DNA of 31,882 nucleotides from positions 1 to 31,882 of IMG/VR virus record IMGVR_UViG_3300032282_001443. The stretch is one strand, 5' to 3'. This stretch comes from a virus (taxonomy: Duplodnaviria > Caudoviricetes). The first letter of the stretch is position 1, and each line of letters begins with the position of its first letter. Of the stretch, positions 9,454 to 17,665 are shown in pieces. The position numbers and the translations under genes were made by a program. The notes under the pieces were generated by a model, which was given only the letters and a program-made list of their open reading frames with translations, searched no databases and was not told where the DNA came from.

Positions 9454-9746
9454 GTGTTCTTTTCCTTCAAGGCTTGCTCAATGGCTCGGGCGTACCGAAT
9501 CACATATTCGTTTGATACGTTGCCATCATCAAGACCAAATGCAAAGCCGTCATCAATAGCGCCTTCAATCTCCTCATCCGTCAGCCCAACCCACGGGCGC
9601 TTTGTACTGTCGTGCATCATCCTCAGGTATTGAGTGCTATCCCAATACTGCGCTTCCGACATGATTTGAGCGCATATGTTGCGGCGTTCCTCTGCCGTGT
9701 AGTCGGCTCGGTTAAGCCAGTCTGATATGTTGGCTCGGTTAATCAT
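9450..9746 (-). CDS. Hypothetical protein with a WVGLTDEEI...AIEQALKEKNT C-terminal module
   Basis: 98 aa, GAGGAG RBS, ATGA-coupled. Confidence 0.75.
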   Translation of the reverse strand: MINRANISDWLNRADYTAEERRNICAQIMSEAQYWDSTQYLRMMHDSTKRPWVGLTDEEIEGAIDDGFAFGLDDGNVSNEYVIRYARAIEQALKEKNT

Positions 9747-10126
9747 GTGTTCTCCTCAATCCCATGATCTGCCGCTTTGCCCCCCATAGGGGGAAGCGCC
9801 CACCGCAATCTAGCCCGTATGATTCGGTAATCAGCGGTGGTTAGCTTGTCTTTTTTGAGCGGCATTATTTCTCTGTCAACAAGATGCTCTAAAAGTGCTT
9901 CCCCGCTTACCCCAATCAGTTGCGCGTAGTAAAGAAACAACTTACTTCTAAAGAATCGGACACTGCGAACAGGTTCCGTTTGCAAGTTAGTCGCAGTCTT
10001 GCGTTCTTTGCCCGTGGGGGCAACAGTTAAATCCTCCACAGCCTTGGCAATGACCGCCGCCAAAAGTCTTGCACATCCTTGGGTCTGGGCATCAACGTCG
10101 GCGCGGGTTGAAACTAAGTCCATCAT
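9743..10126 (-). CDS. Hypothetical protein (about 127 aa)
   Basis: Likely start ATG 10126, which has an AAGGA RBS and overlaps the upstream stop. The ORF-track extension to 10270 overlaps a better small ORF. Confidence 0.65.
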   Translation of the reverse strand: MMDLVSTRADVDAQTQGCARLLAAVIAKAVEDLTVAPTGKERKTATNLQTEPVRSVRFFRSKLFLYYAQLIGVSGEALLEHLVDREIMPLKKDKLTTADYRIIRARLRWALPPMGGKAADHGIEENT

Positions 10127-10248
10127 TTGTCTTTCCTTTCGTTTTCGTCCATCCAAAACCAAATCTCTGAGAGCGCATACAGCACCAGCCCTGCTACGGA
10201 TACGCACAGTGCGCCCAAGAGAAATACGATCATTACGGTCTCGGTCAT
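10123..10248 (-). CDS. 41-aa single-pass membrane protein (below the ORF-track cutoff)
   Basis: MTETVMIVFLLGALCVSVAGLVLYALSEIWFWMDENERKDK. GGAGG RBS, with TGATG and ATGA overlaps. Confidence 0.65.
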   Translation of the reverse strand: MTETVMIVFLLGALCVSVAGLVLYALSEIWFWMDENERKDK

Positions 10249-10451
10249 CACGCCTCCCCGCACTCGTCAAGCGCCATGTTGGTTAGCTCCCGGACTTTCT
10301 CCAAAACATCCTTGGGGTCCGCATCGTGTTTGAAATGACTGCGGACCGCCATCTGGATGTCTATCAGGGCGCTGATAGCTTTACCCCCATAGAGGGCGTG
10401 GCGCAAATTGGCCTCGTCCTCCGGGTACGTAAACTCAAGTACGGCTTTCAT
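10248..10451 (-). CDS. Hypothetical protein
   Basis: 67 aa starting MKAVLEFTYPEDE; tightly packed in the operon. Confidence 0.7.
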   Translation of the reverse strand: MKAVLEFTYPEDEANLRHALYGGKAISALIDIQMAVRSHFKHDADPKDVLEKVRELTNMALDECGEA

Positions 10452-10902
10452 TCGCTCTCTCGATGGCGCGGTCGATGTACCACTTGGCCTTCTGCAAGTC
10501 TTGCAGTCGGTTGCCCTTGTGGTCGGCGCGGGTGATGTACTTCACTGCGTTACCCAAGTGATAACTCAATGCCTTTGCTTCGATGAAGTCGATGGTTTCA
10601 ATCCCACCCACCTTGTAGTGAACCGGATGATTCACCGGATCAACTTTTGGCTCTTCGGGCTTGACGCACTCAGGGTTGATCGTGTCCAGTACGGACTCGT
10701 TGCTTGAGAACACTGCTACCCGCTTGAAGTTCCCTGCGCCTTGCTTCTTCGGCTCCATCGCCCGCTTCACCATATACGCAACCTGATACGTGGTTTTGAA
10801 CCTCTTCGCCACATCCTTGGGTGTGGCCTCTGGGTTGCCGTTGTAGTACTGACGCATCAGAGATGCACGAGATACCTTCTTTGCTTTTTTAGCTGTTGCC
10901 AT
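10435..10902 (-). CDS. DUF3310 (SaV/T7 gp1.7-like) protein with an N-terminal HTH-like extension
   Basis: Signature DPVNHPVHY...IETIDFIE...GNAVKYITRADHK...DLQKAKWY. Start ATG 10902 with an AAGGAG RBS. Confidence 0.85.
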   Translation of the reverse strand: MATAKKAKKVSRASLMRQYYNGNPEATPKDVAKRFKTTYQVAYMVKRAMEPKKQGAGNFKRVAVFSSNESVLDTINPECVKPEEPKVDPVNHPVHYKVGGIETIDFIEAKALSYHLGNAVKYITRADHKGNRLQDLQKAKWYIDRAIERANESRT

Positions 10903-11569
10903 TTTTAGCTCCTTCGTTGTGAACACATGAAACAACCGGGCACCACCCCCGGCAGGTGAAATTGGGCTTCGCGTTCCATACTTTGTTCTCGACGGACGAC
11001 TGCAACTGCCCAACATCTGAAACCCACGGACCCCACAACTCATCTTGTGTGTCCGAGTGGTAATCAGCCTTTACAAAGTCATCAGCGAACAGGAACATCA
11101 AGCCCGCTTTGACTTTCTTAACTTGTGGAAAATGCTTGAAGATGGCCAATGACAGCACCTCCAACTGTTTGAGATCGGCGTACTTGCTCGACTTGCCCGT
11201 CTTGTAGTCAATGGTCAGCGCCTTGTCGCCCTGCAAGATGATGAGGTCAGCAATGCCGCGCCACCACACACCCTTGTCGAAGAACCCGCACGGCTTGAGG
11301 TCAGCGGTCAAGCCCAGCTTGTTCTCACATAGCTTTTCGCCCTGCATATTGCGGATGCTCTCAAGGGCTGGCTCAATCTCTTTGTATTTCTCCGGAATAG
11401 GAGTTCCTTTAGATACGTATTCTTCAGCCACCTTATGAATCGTGTTCCCAAAGATGATCGCCTCACTGAGCGGCTCCTTGATGTCCTTCACCACTTTGAG
11501 GTGGTAGTACTTCTTAGGGCACTGTTGGTACAGGGACAAACTGCTGTACGACCATGTGATATTCGCCAT
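10889..11569 (-). CDS. PD-(D/E)XK exonuclease (Cas4/RecB-like)
   Basis: WSYSSL...QCP, GNTIH, GIAD...IDYKTG, QL and C-terminal CRGWCPVVSC. TAATG coupling to the polymerase. Confidence 0.85.
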   Translation of the reverse strand: MANITWSYSSLSLYQQCPKKYYHLKVVKDIKEPLSEAIIFGNTIHKVAEEYVSKGTPIPEKYKEIEPALESIRNMQGEKLCENKLGLTADLKPCGFFDKGVWWRGIADLIILQGDKALTIDYKTGKSSKYADLKQLEVLSLAIFKHFPQVKKVKAGLMFLFADDFVKADYHSDTQDELWGPWVSDVGQLQSSVENKVWNAKPNFTCRGWCPVVSCVHNEGAKNGNS

Positions 11570-13398
11570 TAACAATCTCCGTAGTTACGAGCCATGCCTG
11601 ACTCACAATTTAGGGGCAACCCAACGGCCCAAGCCGGGGGTGTCCGCATGCACTGCTCTATGTAGGCTTGTGCCTCTTGCGCCTCGTCTACCGGTACAAC
11701 ACAGGCTATGGCGTCGTGGACGGTCAGAACTACGCGGTGTCTTTTCTCAATCTGAATCATCTGCTCACCAATGATGCAACGGGCAATGGCTTGGCACAGG
11801 TTCTCAGCCACCTTGCCGCCGTATATCCTGTTGACACCCTGCCGGGTCATGTAGGTGAACTCACCATTCGTGGTGCGGCGCAACTCCGGGTAGTTGAGGT
11901 GCAGACCATTTGGCAGGGCGATGCCCGTAAAAGGAGACAACTCCATCAACCCAACCTTGTCGACTTCCGCAACCTTGCTGTGAATCATGCTCTCCAGCAC
12001 TTTATTCAGGTGGTTCCACCACGCAGAGATACGGACATTGGATGCGCGGTATCTGCGGATGATGAACTTGCAGGTGTCTAGGTCCAAGTCCTTGCCCATG
12101 TTCTTCAACTGCATCTGGAACTTGACCGCCCCCATCCCGTACCCCGCGCCTAAAACTGTGGTTTTACCGATGAACCGCTGTTCAGGAGTCACCGAGTCTT
12201 CGTTAAGAACCCCGTAGATGACTCTGGCCATGTACGAATACACATCTTCTTTGCGGGCAAACAACTCAAGAACCTGACGTTCCCCGGCCAGCCACGCCAA
12301 GACACGGGCCTCAATCTGGGACGAGTCACAGTCGATGATGACATGCCCGCGAGGGGCTTCGATGCACCGCTTCAACTTGCCGCCCTCAGACCCACGGCTG
12401 GGTAGATTCTGGAGGTTGACCTTGTCAGACCCGCCCCACCGCCCGGTGTGCGCGGCGTAGTATTTCAACGGAATAGGTAAGCGCCGCAGTGCTCCGCCAA
12501 TGTGCCCCCTGCGGGAAATGGCTATAAACCGCTCGGTCCGGGTCTCCTCCAACGTGGACTTGGCCCCCAACCGTGCCGCAACAAGGGCTTGCACGATCTC
12601 ATTGGGGTGGTCCAGCATCGCCACAAACTCTGGGTCGCTTTTGGCGAACGCAAAGACCACCTTGTCTGGGTTGGAAGGGCTGACCTTTACAGGAGGCGGA
12701 ACATACCTGCCCAATAACTCTGCAAATTTTGCACTGCTGTTGAGGGTTTCCTTGGTGATGTTGGCTTCTTCAAACAGTTTGGCCTTGCGCTCACGCACCC
12801 CAATCAGGTGTGCCTCCAGCTTCTCGGTGTTGGCCTCCAGCAACGGGTCGCTGAACATGCGGATGGTGATGTCGATCAGGCGCTTCTCAATGACTGGGAA
12901 GCTGTGGTCCATCTCCTTGAACAGCTTATAGGTTAACTCGACATCGTTCTTGCAGTACTCACCATAGGACGCTAAGTGTTCAGGGGTGAAATCCTCGCGC
13001 CGAAACCCCTTGGCATCTTCCACCTCAGTGCCCTTGGCCCCCAGCCCGAAATGCTCAACCAACGCCCGCAAGCTACCACCCACCTGCGTACCAAACATGG
13101 CACGAGCCATGGACAGCGTATCCAGCCACGCCTTAGGCTTTTGGCCGAAGACCCATGTCAGGATAGCCGCATCAAAGATTGCGTTATGGGCTAACACGAA
13201 GTGGTTGCGCCATTCAAACTGCGCCAGCCACTCAGCCGTTTCCCCGAGGTCCCCGGAAAACCACTGCGTAGGTTCGTCATTCACCTTGACCGCCACGCCG
13301 ATCACTTGGAACTGTGGGTCACGCACATACTCCTCAGTCGTGAGTTTCGTCAGGGAGAACTCGCGGCTGTAGAAGGTTTCAAAGTCAATGGTGATCAC
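11569..13398 (-). CDS. polA: Family A DNA polymerase with 3'-5' exonuclease domain
   Basis: ExoI IDFET and ExoII HNAIFD; TGRW; motif A DSSQIEARVLA; motif B RFIGKTTVLGAGYG; motif C VHD. Confidence 0.93.
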   Translation of the reverse strand: MITIDFETFYSREFSLTKLTTEEYVRDPQFQVIGVAVKVNDEPTQWFSGDLGETAEWLAQFEWRNHFVLAHNAIFDAAILTWVFGQKPKAWLDTLSMARAMFGTQVGGSLRALVEHFGLGAKGTEVEDAKGFRREDFTPEHLASYGEYCKNDVELTYKLFKEMDHSFPVIEKRLIDITIRMFSDPLLEANTEKLEAHLIGVRERKAKLFEEANITKETLNSSAKFAELLGRYVPPPVKVSPSNPDKVVFAFAKSDPEFVAMLDHPNEIVQALVAARLGAKSTLEETRTERFIAISRRGHIGGALRRLPIPLKYYAAHTGRWGGSDKVNLQNLPSRGSEGGKLKRCIEAPRGHVIIDCDSSQIEARVLAWLAGERQVLELFARKEDVYSYMARVIYGVLNEDSVTPEQRFIGKTTVLGAGYGMGAVKFQMQLKNMGKDLDLDTCKFIIRRYRASNVRISAWWNHLNKVLESMIHSKVAEVDKVGLMELSPFTGIALPNGLHLNYPELRRTTNGEFTYMTRQGVNRIYGGKVAENLCQAIARCIIGEQMIQIEKRHRVVLTVHDAIACVVPVDEAQEAQAYIEQCMRTPPAWAVGLPLNCESGMARNYGDC

Positions 13399-13742
13399 TT
13401 GGCTTTTTCCCGCAACACAACTTCCACTTTTTTGCGTGGCTCTGCGCTCTGCATGCGGATAGGTGCTCTGTATTCCCCCGATTCAAACTTGCTTTTTAAA
13501 ACTTCGCTTGGGTGAGTGTCGCGGCCTAACACAATCTCCATGGCCTGATTGAGCATGTAAGCCCTATCCCGTTTGTGCAATGCGCGGTTGATCACCCAGC
13601 GTTCGTAGCTGGTGAGGTAAGGAGTTCGATTGACCCACTCGGAAATTACGTGGTGGGAACTGGTCTCGTCAAGAGACTCAATCTTTTCCACGACAGCTTT
13701 GATTTGATCAGGGAGTGGGAGGCGCAGTAGCTTTTCCAGCAT
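13395..13742 (-). CDS. Hypothetical protein
   Basis: 115 aa, AAGGA RBS, GTGA overlap with the polymerase start. Confidence 0.7.
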   Translation of the reverse strand: MLEKLLRLPLPDQIKAVVEKIESLDETSSHHVISEWVNRTPYLTSYERWVINRALHKRDRAYMLNQAMEIVLGRDTHPSEVLKSKFESGEYRAPIRMQSAEPRKKVEVVLREKAK

Positions 13743-14040
13743 GGTTAGTTTCCTTTGAAGTGAGAATACGGGTGACCAATGCGATGTTGGTCTCGTTGAT
13801 GACTATGGCCACCCCGCCCGCTTTGTTTATGTTATCCAATTCACGATCTTGCAGTCGTGTGGTTTTTCCGTTGCCCGCTTTACATTCTATGGCGATGAAG
13901 TTACCATGGTGACACACGATGATGTCGGGTATGCCCATGCGCCCGAAGCCGTTGCTTGCAGGGAAGAAGTAGTACGCGCCGCGAGCTTTAAGCTGGGCCA
14001 CCACTAGGTCTTTTACTTTTCGTTCTGGAGTTAATGCCAT
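13708..14040 (-). CDS. VRR-NUC domain nuclease (Holliday junction resolvase-like)
   Basis: TPERKVK, GIPDII...FIAIECK, and LQ...I...GG. Start ATG 14040. Confidence 0.85.
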   Translation of the reverse strand: MALTPERKVKDLVVAQLKARGAYYFFPASNGFGRMGIPDIIVCHHGNFIAIECKAGNGKTTRLQDRELDNINKAGGVAIVINETNIALVTRILTSKETNHAGKATAPPTP

Positions 14041-14046
14041 GCCCAG

Positions 14047-14075
14047 AATATACGGGGCTTGTTGGACTATGTCAA
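14047..14075 (-). promoter_or_regulatory. Sigma70-like promoter TTGACA-17-TATATT, probably leaderless
   Basis: The - strand reads TTGACA tagtccaacaagccccg TATATT ctgggc ATG, with no SD sequence. Confidence 0.75.
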
Positions 14076-14121
14076 GTGCCCAACAGAAATATTTTATAGG
14101 GAGAAACACTAATAGGGTTTG

Positions 14122-14150
14122 GGAATAGTCGACACGTTGTCGATAATTCC
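14122..14150. repeat. 29-bp palindrome copy 1
   Basis: GGAATAG TCGACA CGT TGTCGA TAATTCC, between the terminator and the promoter. Confidence 0.9.
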
Positions 14151-14154
14151 GGGC

Positions 14155-14180
14155 AAAAAAAAGACCCGCCGAAGCGGGTC
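14155..14180 (-). terminator. Rho-independent terminator (UUCG loop)
   Basis: The - strand reads GACCCGC-TTCG-GCGGGTC-TTTTTTTT. Confidence 0.92.
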
Positions 14181-14193
14181 AAAGGGTAGCAGG

Positions 14194-15081
14194 TTACGGG
14201 TTAGTTAGTATCACGAAGTGCGTGTCGTTGTGCCTGTAGCCTACATCACGCACGACCTCTTCATCTTCCATCAGTTGGAGCACCGCCAGTCTGTCTTGCC
14301 ACGGGGTAGGTAACTCTTCAAACGACTGGAACCTAGTAACCATCTCGGTCAGGTGTTCATCATGAGACACAGGTTCCTTGTATAAGTACCCGCCCTTGTA
14401 CCGTATGACAACTAGCTTGTCTTTCCTGACATCCATAGACGCGGCCAGATCAAACTCACTCATTGCCTTATGGTACTTGTCCGAAGTCATCTTAGTTTCC
14501 ACCCGCTGTTTAAGCTGGGTAGGTATCTCCCGCCCTGTCAACTGATGGTAGACATACTCCTGCAAGTCCGAATGGTTCTTGAATAAAGTATTGCGTGATA
14601 TGTCGTTTGCCAGACGAGCCAACGCCCGATCGCAGTCATACAGAACACTCTTTGCGGCCTCCAATACTTCATCAAACCCTCTGGGCAGAAAGTATTTCTT
14701 GACCGCACGCTTGGCCACCTCAATCTTGGTAGTCTTGGTGGTGTTCCGCGAGCCTCGCTCGTTCTCTATGCGCCAGCACTTGATCTCCCACACCACATCA
14801 CTGCCCTTAGTACGGCTGTACCTAGTATCCACCAACAACTCCCCCATGTTCTCGTCTTCGCAGAACACAAACAGTCTTCGCATAAACTTCATACCCTCGG
14901 GGGCTTGCACCGAACGAGCCTTCAAGGTAGAGGGGTACGAGTAGTGCACGAACTGTGTGTCGTCCATGGTCCGCGTGGTGAATGTATAGGATGGCATGGC
15001 CAAGGCCAGCGGAGTTACCAACTCTGCCAGCATAGGGTCCATGATATATCCGTCTTTGATAATTACGTTTGCAAGTTGCAT
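14194..15081 (-). CDS. Hypothetical protein
   Basis: 295 aa, AAGGA RBS, last gene before the terminator. Confidence 0.8.
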   Translation of the reverse strand: MQLANVIIKDGYIMDPMLAELVTPLALAMPSYTFTTRTMDDTQFVHYSYPSTLKARSVQAPEGMKFMRRLFVFCEDENMGELLVDTRYSRTKGSDVVWEIKCWRIENERGSRNTTKTTKIEVAKRAVKKYFLPRGFDEVLEAAKSVLYDCDRALARLANDISRNTLFKNHSDLQEYVYHQLTGREIPTQLKQRVETKMTSDKYHKAMSEFDLAASMDVRKDKLVVIRYKGGYLYKEPVSHDEHLTEMVTRFQSFEELPTPWQDRLAVLQLMEDEEVVRDVGYRHNDTHFVILTNP

Positions 15082-15091
15082 TATGTTTTCC

Positions 15092-15976
15092 TTACCAATT
15101 GAATTTACTGAGGATGTCGTCGACGCTAGACTTCAACTCGACACGAGCGCCGTCACTACCACGCAGGTCCTTCGGGTCAAAGCCCGCTATCGCTTGCTCT
15201 AGCATACGGCGAGCCTTCTCAAGCTCTGGGTCCTTCGTCACATTGAGCCGCGTCAGCAGGTCACACATACCTGACGCATTGGTCACGATTGAGTCGCGGA
15301 ATATCTTCCGTTCACCATCATCCCTGTCGGTCAAGGTGGTGCTCATCTTAGTCAACAGTGCATGCAGTCTCTCCCATGGGTCACGCATGGCATCGGCCAG
15401 CTTGGCGTTGTACATCTTCTCGTACTGCTCAGCCAAGTCGGCGCGGACTTGTTCTTCGCAGCGGATGCGGAAATCCCCCTTCTCTGGAACAGGGAGGAAG
15501 TTGTACTCAAACTTGAACCTGCGCGGCAAGGTCTCCACATCGGGAAACTCTTCAGCGCGGTAGTACTTACCCAGCCTGAACGCTTGATCGTTCTTGAGTT
15601 TGGGGTACTCCGCGATGAAAGCGTCAACCAATGCGTAGAAATTGGATTCCATCGTGCCAAGCTGGCCACGGTAATGAAAGAAGTTCTCCATCGGTAACAG
15701 CCCAATACCCTTCATCCAAGGCAGGGTCTGCGTCCCGTTCCACGAGCGACACTTGGCCGCGTACTTCTCAATCTTCTTGAGGTGGTCACTGCCCGCCATC
15801 AGGTACTTGTAGACAGAGCCTGAGTCTTGGTCAGCTTCCTTGGAAGTGTTGACCTCCATCGTGGTCTCGTTGTCACGCTTACGCGCTGTCCATGTGCTGA
15901 TACGCAGTTCGACCAGCATGGCCATGGATGCAAGGGATACCGCCGGGGCGGTGTGAATGATCGTATTCTGTGTCAT
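15092..15976 (-). CDS. DUF3150-like protein
   Basis: 294 aa. MLVELRISTWTARKRD, TLPW...LLP and YP...F...Y...FP resemble the family that accompanies phage AAA/vWA pairs. Family name is from recall. Confidence 0.6.
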   Translation of the reverse strand: MTQNTIIHTAPAVSLASMAMLVELRISTWTARKRDNETTMEVNTSKEADQDSGSVYKYLMAGSDHLKKIEKYAAKCRSWNGTQTLPWMKGIGLLPMENFFHYRGQLGTMESNFYALVDAFIAEYPKLKNDQAFRLGKYYRAEEFPDVETLPRRFKFEYNFLPVPEKGDFRIRCEEQVRADLAEQYEKMYNAKLADAMRDPWERLHALLTKMSTTLTDRDDGERKIFRDSIVTNASGMCDLLTRLNVTKDPELEKARRMLEQAIAGFDPKDLRGSDGARVELKSSVDDILSKFNW

Positions 15977-15988
15977 GGTGTTCTCCAG

Positions 15989-17062
15989 TTAGTTAGGAAT
16001 CATCGACACTTTGTCGATTGTTCCGAGGTTGCGAATGTGAATCTCGTGAAAGAAGTTAAGGTTGTTTCTGGTGGGTAACTGCCCGTCAGGTAGACGCTCA
16101 CGGGTGAACACCTCATCGTTGTGCAGGAATGAGGTCAACGCCCTGAGAAACTCCACTGTCCTATCAAGGGGTAGTATGGCTTTCGTGTGCCTGTACGCCC
16201 CGTTGTGGTCCCTGAAGTGCAGGTGCCGACCCTGATGCCGTGTGATGACATACATAGCTTGCACCCAATCCTCCGCATCCTCGTTCGTGAGCCACGAGTC
16301 AAGCAACTCACAGCTTGGGCGGTGGAAGTGGGAATAAGCATGGCGCGAATTGCCGCCACGAAACGGGAGGCACCCAGCATTACGCCGCTCGTCGTACAGC
16401 GTCCATCCTTCAGAGCTAGCGCGTAGTTCAATGTTTCGTATTGCTGTCCCATAGGCTTCTTCCGAAGGAACACCGGCAATACTCCGAAGCCGATCGCATG
16501 CTTCCTGCATTTCATCCGTGTCGATCTCGCGGTTCACGCCCGTCACGACCTGCAACCAATCCATGAAGGGCTGGTACTTGGTCATGATCTTCATCGCCAC
16601 ATTCCTATTCGCTCGTACAGCGTAGGCCACAGGTTTATTGAGTAACAGGTGGTGGTTGCCCGCCACTTGAAACTCCAACTTACCGCCCGCTGGGATGAAG
16701 TACTCCATGCCACTCTTCAGCGCCACGAATATCTCGCCATGCCTCCAGCCGAATATCCCCTCTGGTACATACTGACTGGTGTTGTTTGGCGTGTACGCGC
16801 TGGCATACACAGGTCTGTGCACTGTGTAGGTGTCGTCCGATCGCCACTGCACGAGAGGTCTCCCGCAATACTCCATGTTGACCGTGTCTGCATCGGGCAT
16901 CGAGATACTCGCCATCCTGTGATGACGGCGTAACCCGAGTGGCCTAACGCTTTGTGGATGCCCCTTGATGGGCTTGGTCTGCTCGTACCTCTGCTTCGCT
17001 TGCGCGAAACTCGTGATGTGCGGTACGCCCGCTGTGTTGTAACTACTGTACCCGTAAGCCAT
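15989..17062 (-). CDS. Hypothetical protein
   Basis: 357 aa, AAGGAG RBS. Confidence 0.8.
   Translation of the reverse strand: MAYGYSSYNTAGVPHITSFAQAKQRYEQTKPIKGHPQSVRPLGLRRHHRMASISMPDADTVNMEYCGRPLVQWRSDDTYTVHRPVYASAYTPNNTSQYVPEGIFGWRHGEIFVALKSGMEYFIPAGGKLEFQVAGNHHLLLNKPVAYAVRANRNVAMKIMTKYQPFMDWLQVVTGVNREIDTDEMQEACDRLRSIAGVPSEEAYGTAIRNIELRASSEGWTLYDERRNAGCLPFRGGNSRHAYSHFHRPSCELLDSWLTNEDAEDWVQAMYVITRHQGRHLHFRDHNGAYRHTKAILPLDRTVEFLRALTSFLHNDEVFTRERLPDGQLPTRNNLNFFHEIHIRNLGTIDKVSMIPN
15996..16024. repeat. 29-bp palindrome copy 2
   Basis: GGAATCA TCGACA CTT TGTCGA TTGTTCC, in the last codons of the 357-aa ORF. Confidence 0.9.
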
Positions 17063-17252
17063 GTTGGCTCTCCTTGTGAAGATATGCTTCCTGAATAAAC
17101 GACATGCTGATAGATAGCTGGGCTATCTGTGCACGCCGATGCTGAGACTGCACGATTTCATTCATGCAGACAAGACTCCCGATCTGGGGAAGTTCCTGTT
17201 TGTTGGGGCGCTGATACTCAACTCTCCCCTTACCTATAACAACTAAAGGCAT
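17043..17252 (-). CDS. Hypothetical protein
   Basis: 69 aa filling the gap between neighbours; weak RBS. Confidence 0.5.
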   Translation of the reverse strand: MPLVVIGKGRVEYQRPNKQELPQIGSLVCMNEIVQSQHRRAQIAQLSISMSFIQEAYLHKESQHGLRVQ

Positions 17253-17258
17253 GACGAT

Positions 17259-17414
17259 CTACCCCTTTGCTGTGTTATACATACTGATCAGATGGCGTAC
17301 CACCTGCCCGTAGGTTGGCTCAAACCCTAGCTTTACGCCAAGGTCATCGCGCACCCTCTGCAACAACTCAAAGGTTTCCCTGTTGAGGTTGATGTTGTAG
17401 TTGCCCGCTATCAT
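17259..17414 (-). CDS. 51-aa putative ribbon-helix-helix protein
   Basis: MIAGNYNINLNRETFELLQRVRDDL...TYGQVVRHLI gives a strand-helix-helix pattern. ATGA-coupled. Confidence 0.6.
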   Translation of the reverse strand: MIAGNYNINLNRETFELLQRVRDDLGVKLGFEPTYGQVVRHLISMYNTAKG

Positions 17415-17665
17415 TTCTTGTCCTTCGCTTCCTTGGCCTTGCGGTTGGTCTCCAACTGAAGCCAATAGTGCGCGGTCATGGGCTGGATACTCACCGAATC
17501 AAGTTCGGGGCCGCTCATCACATTCCCCCAATCCTCGGCTATCCGCACTTCCTTGATGCGTGACGCACTACACAAGATCTTCGCAACAGCGAGAGCTTCG
17601 GCTATCTCCATGTAGAAAGTATGGCCACTGATTTTCAATATGACTTTGTCGTCGTCCATGATCAA
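17411..17665 (-). CDS. Hypothetical protein
   Basis: 84 aa, coupled to the vWA gene stop. Confidence 0.7.
   Translation of the reverse strand: MIMDDDKVILKISGHTFYMEIAEALAVAKILCSASRIKEVRIAEDWGNVMSGPELDSVSIQPMTAHYWLQLETNRKAKEAKDKK

Noticed and set aside
8885-9746. Diversity-generating retroelement template/variable repeat pair
   Set aside because: Shared boxes are under 40 nt, the differences are not adenine-specific, and no reverse transcriptase is present.
10889-11569. Cas4-like nuclease as evidence of a CRISPR system
   Set aside because: It is a stand-alone PD-(D/E)XK exonuclease coupled to the DNA polymerase, with no cas1/cas2 or array.
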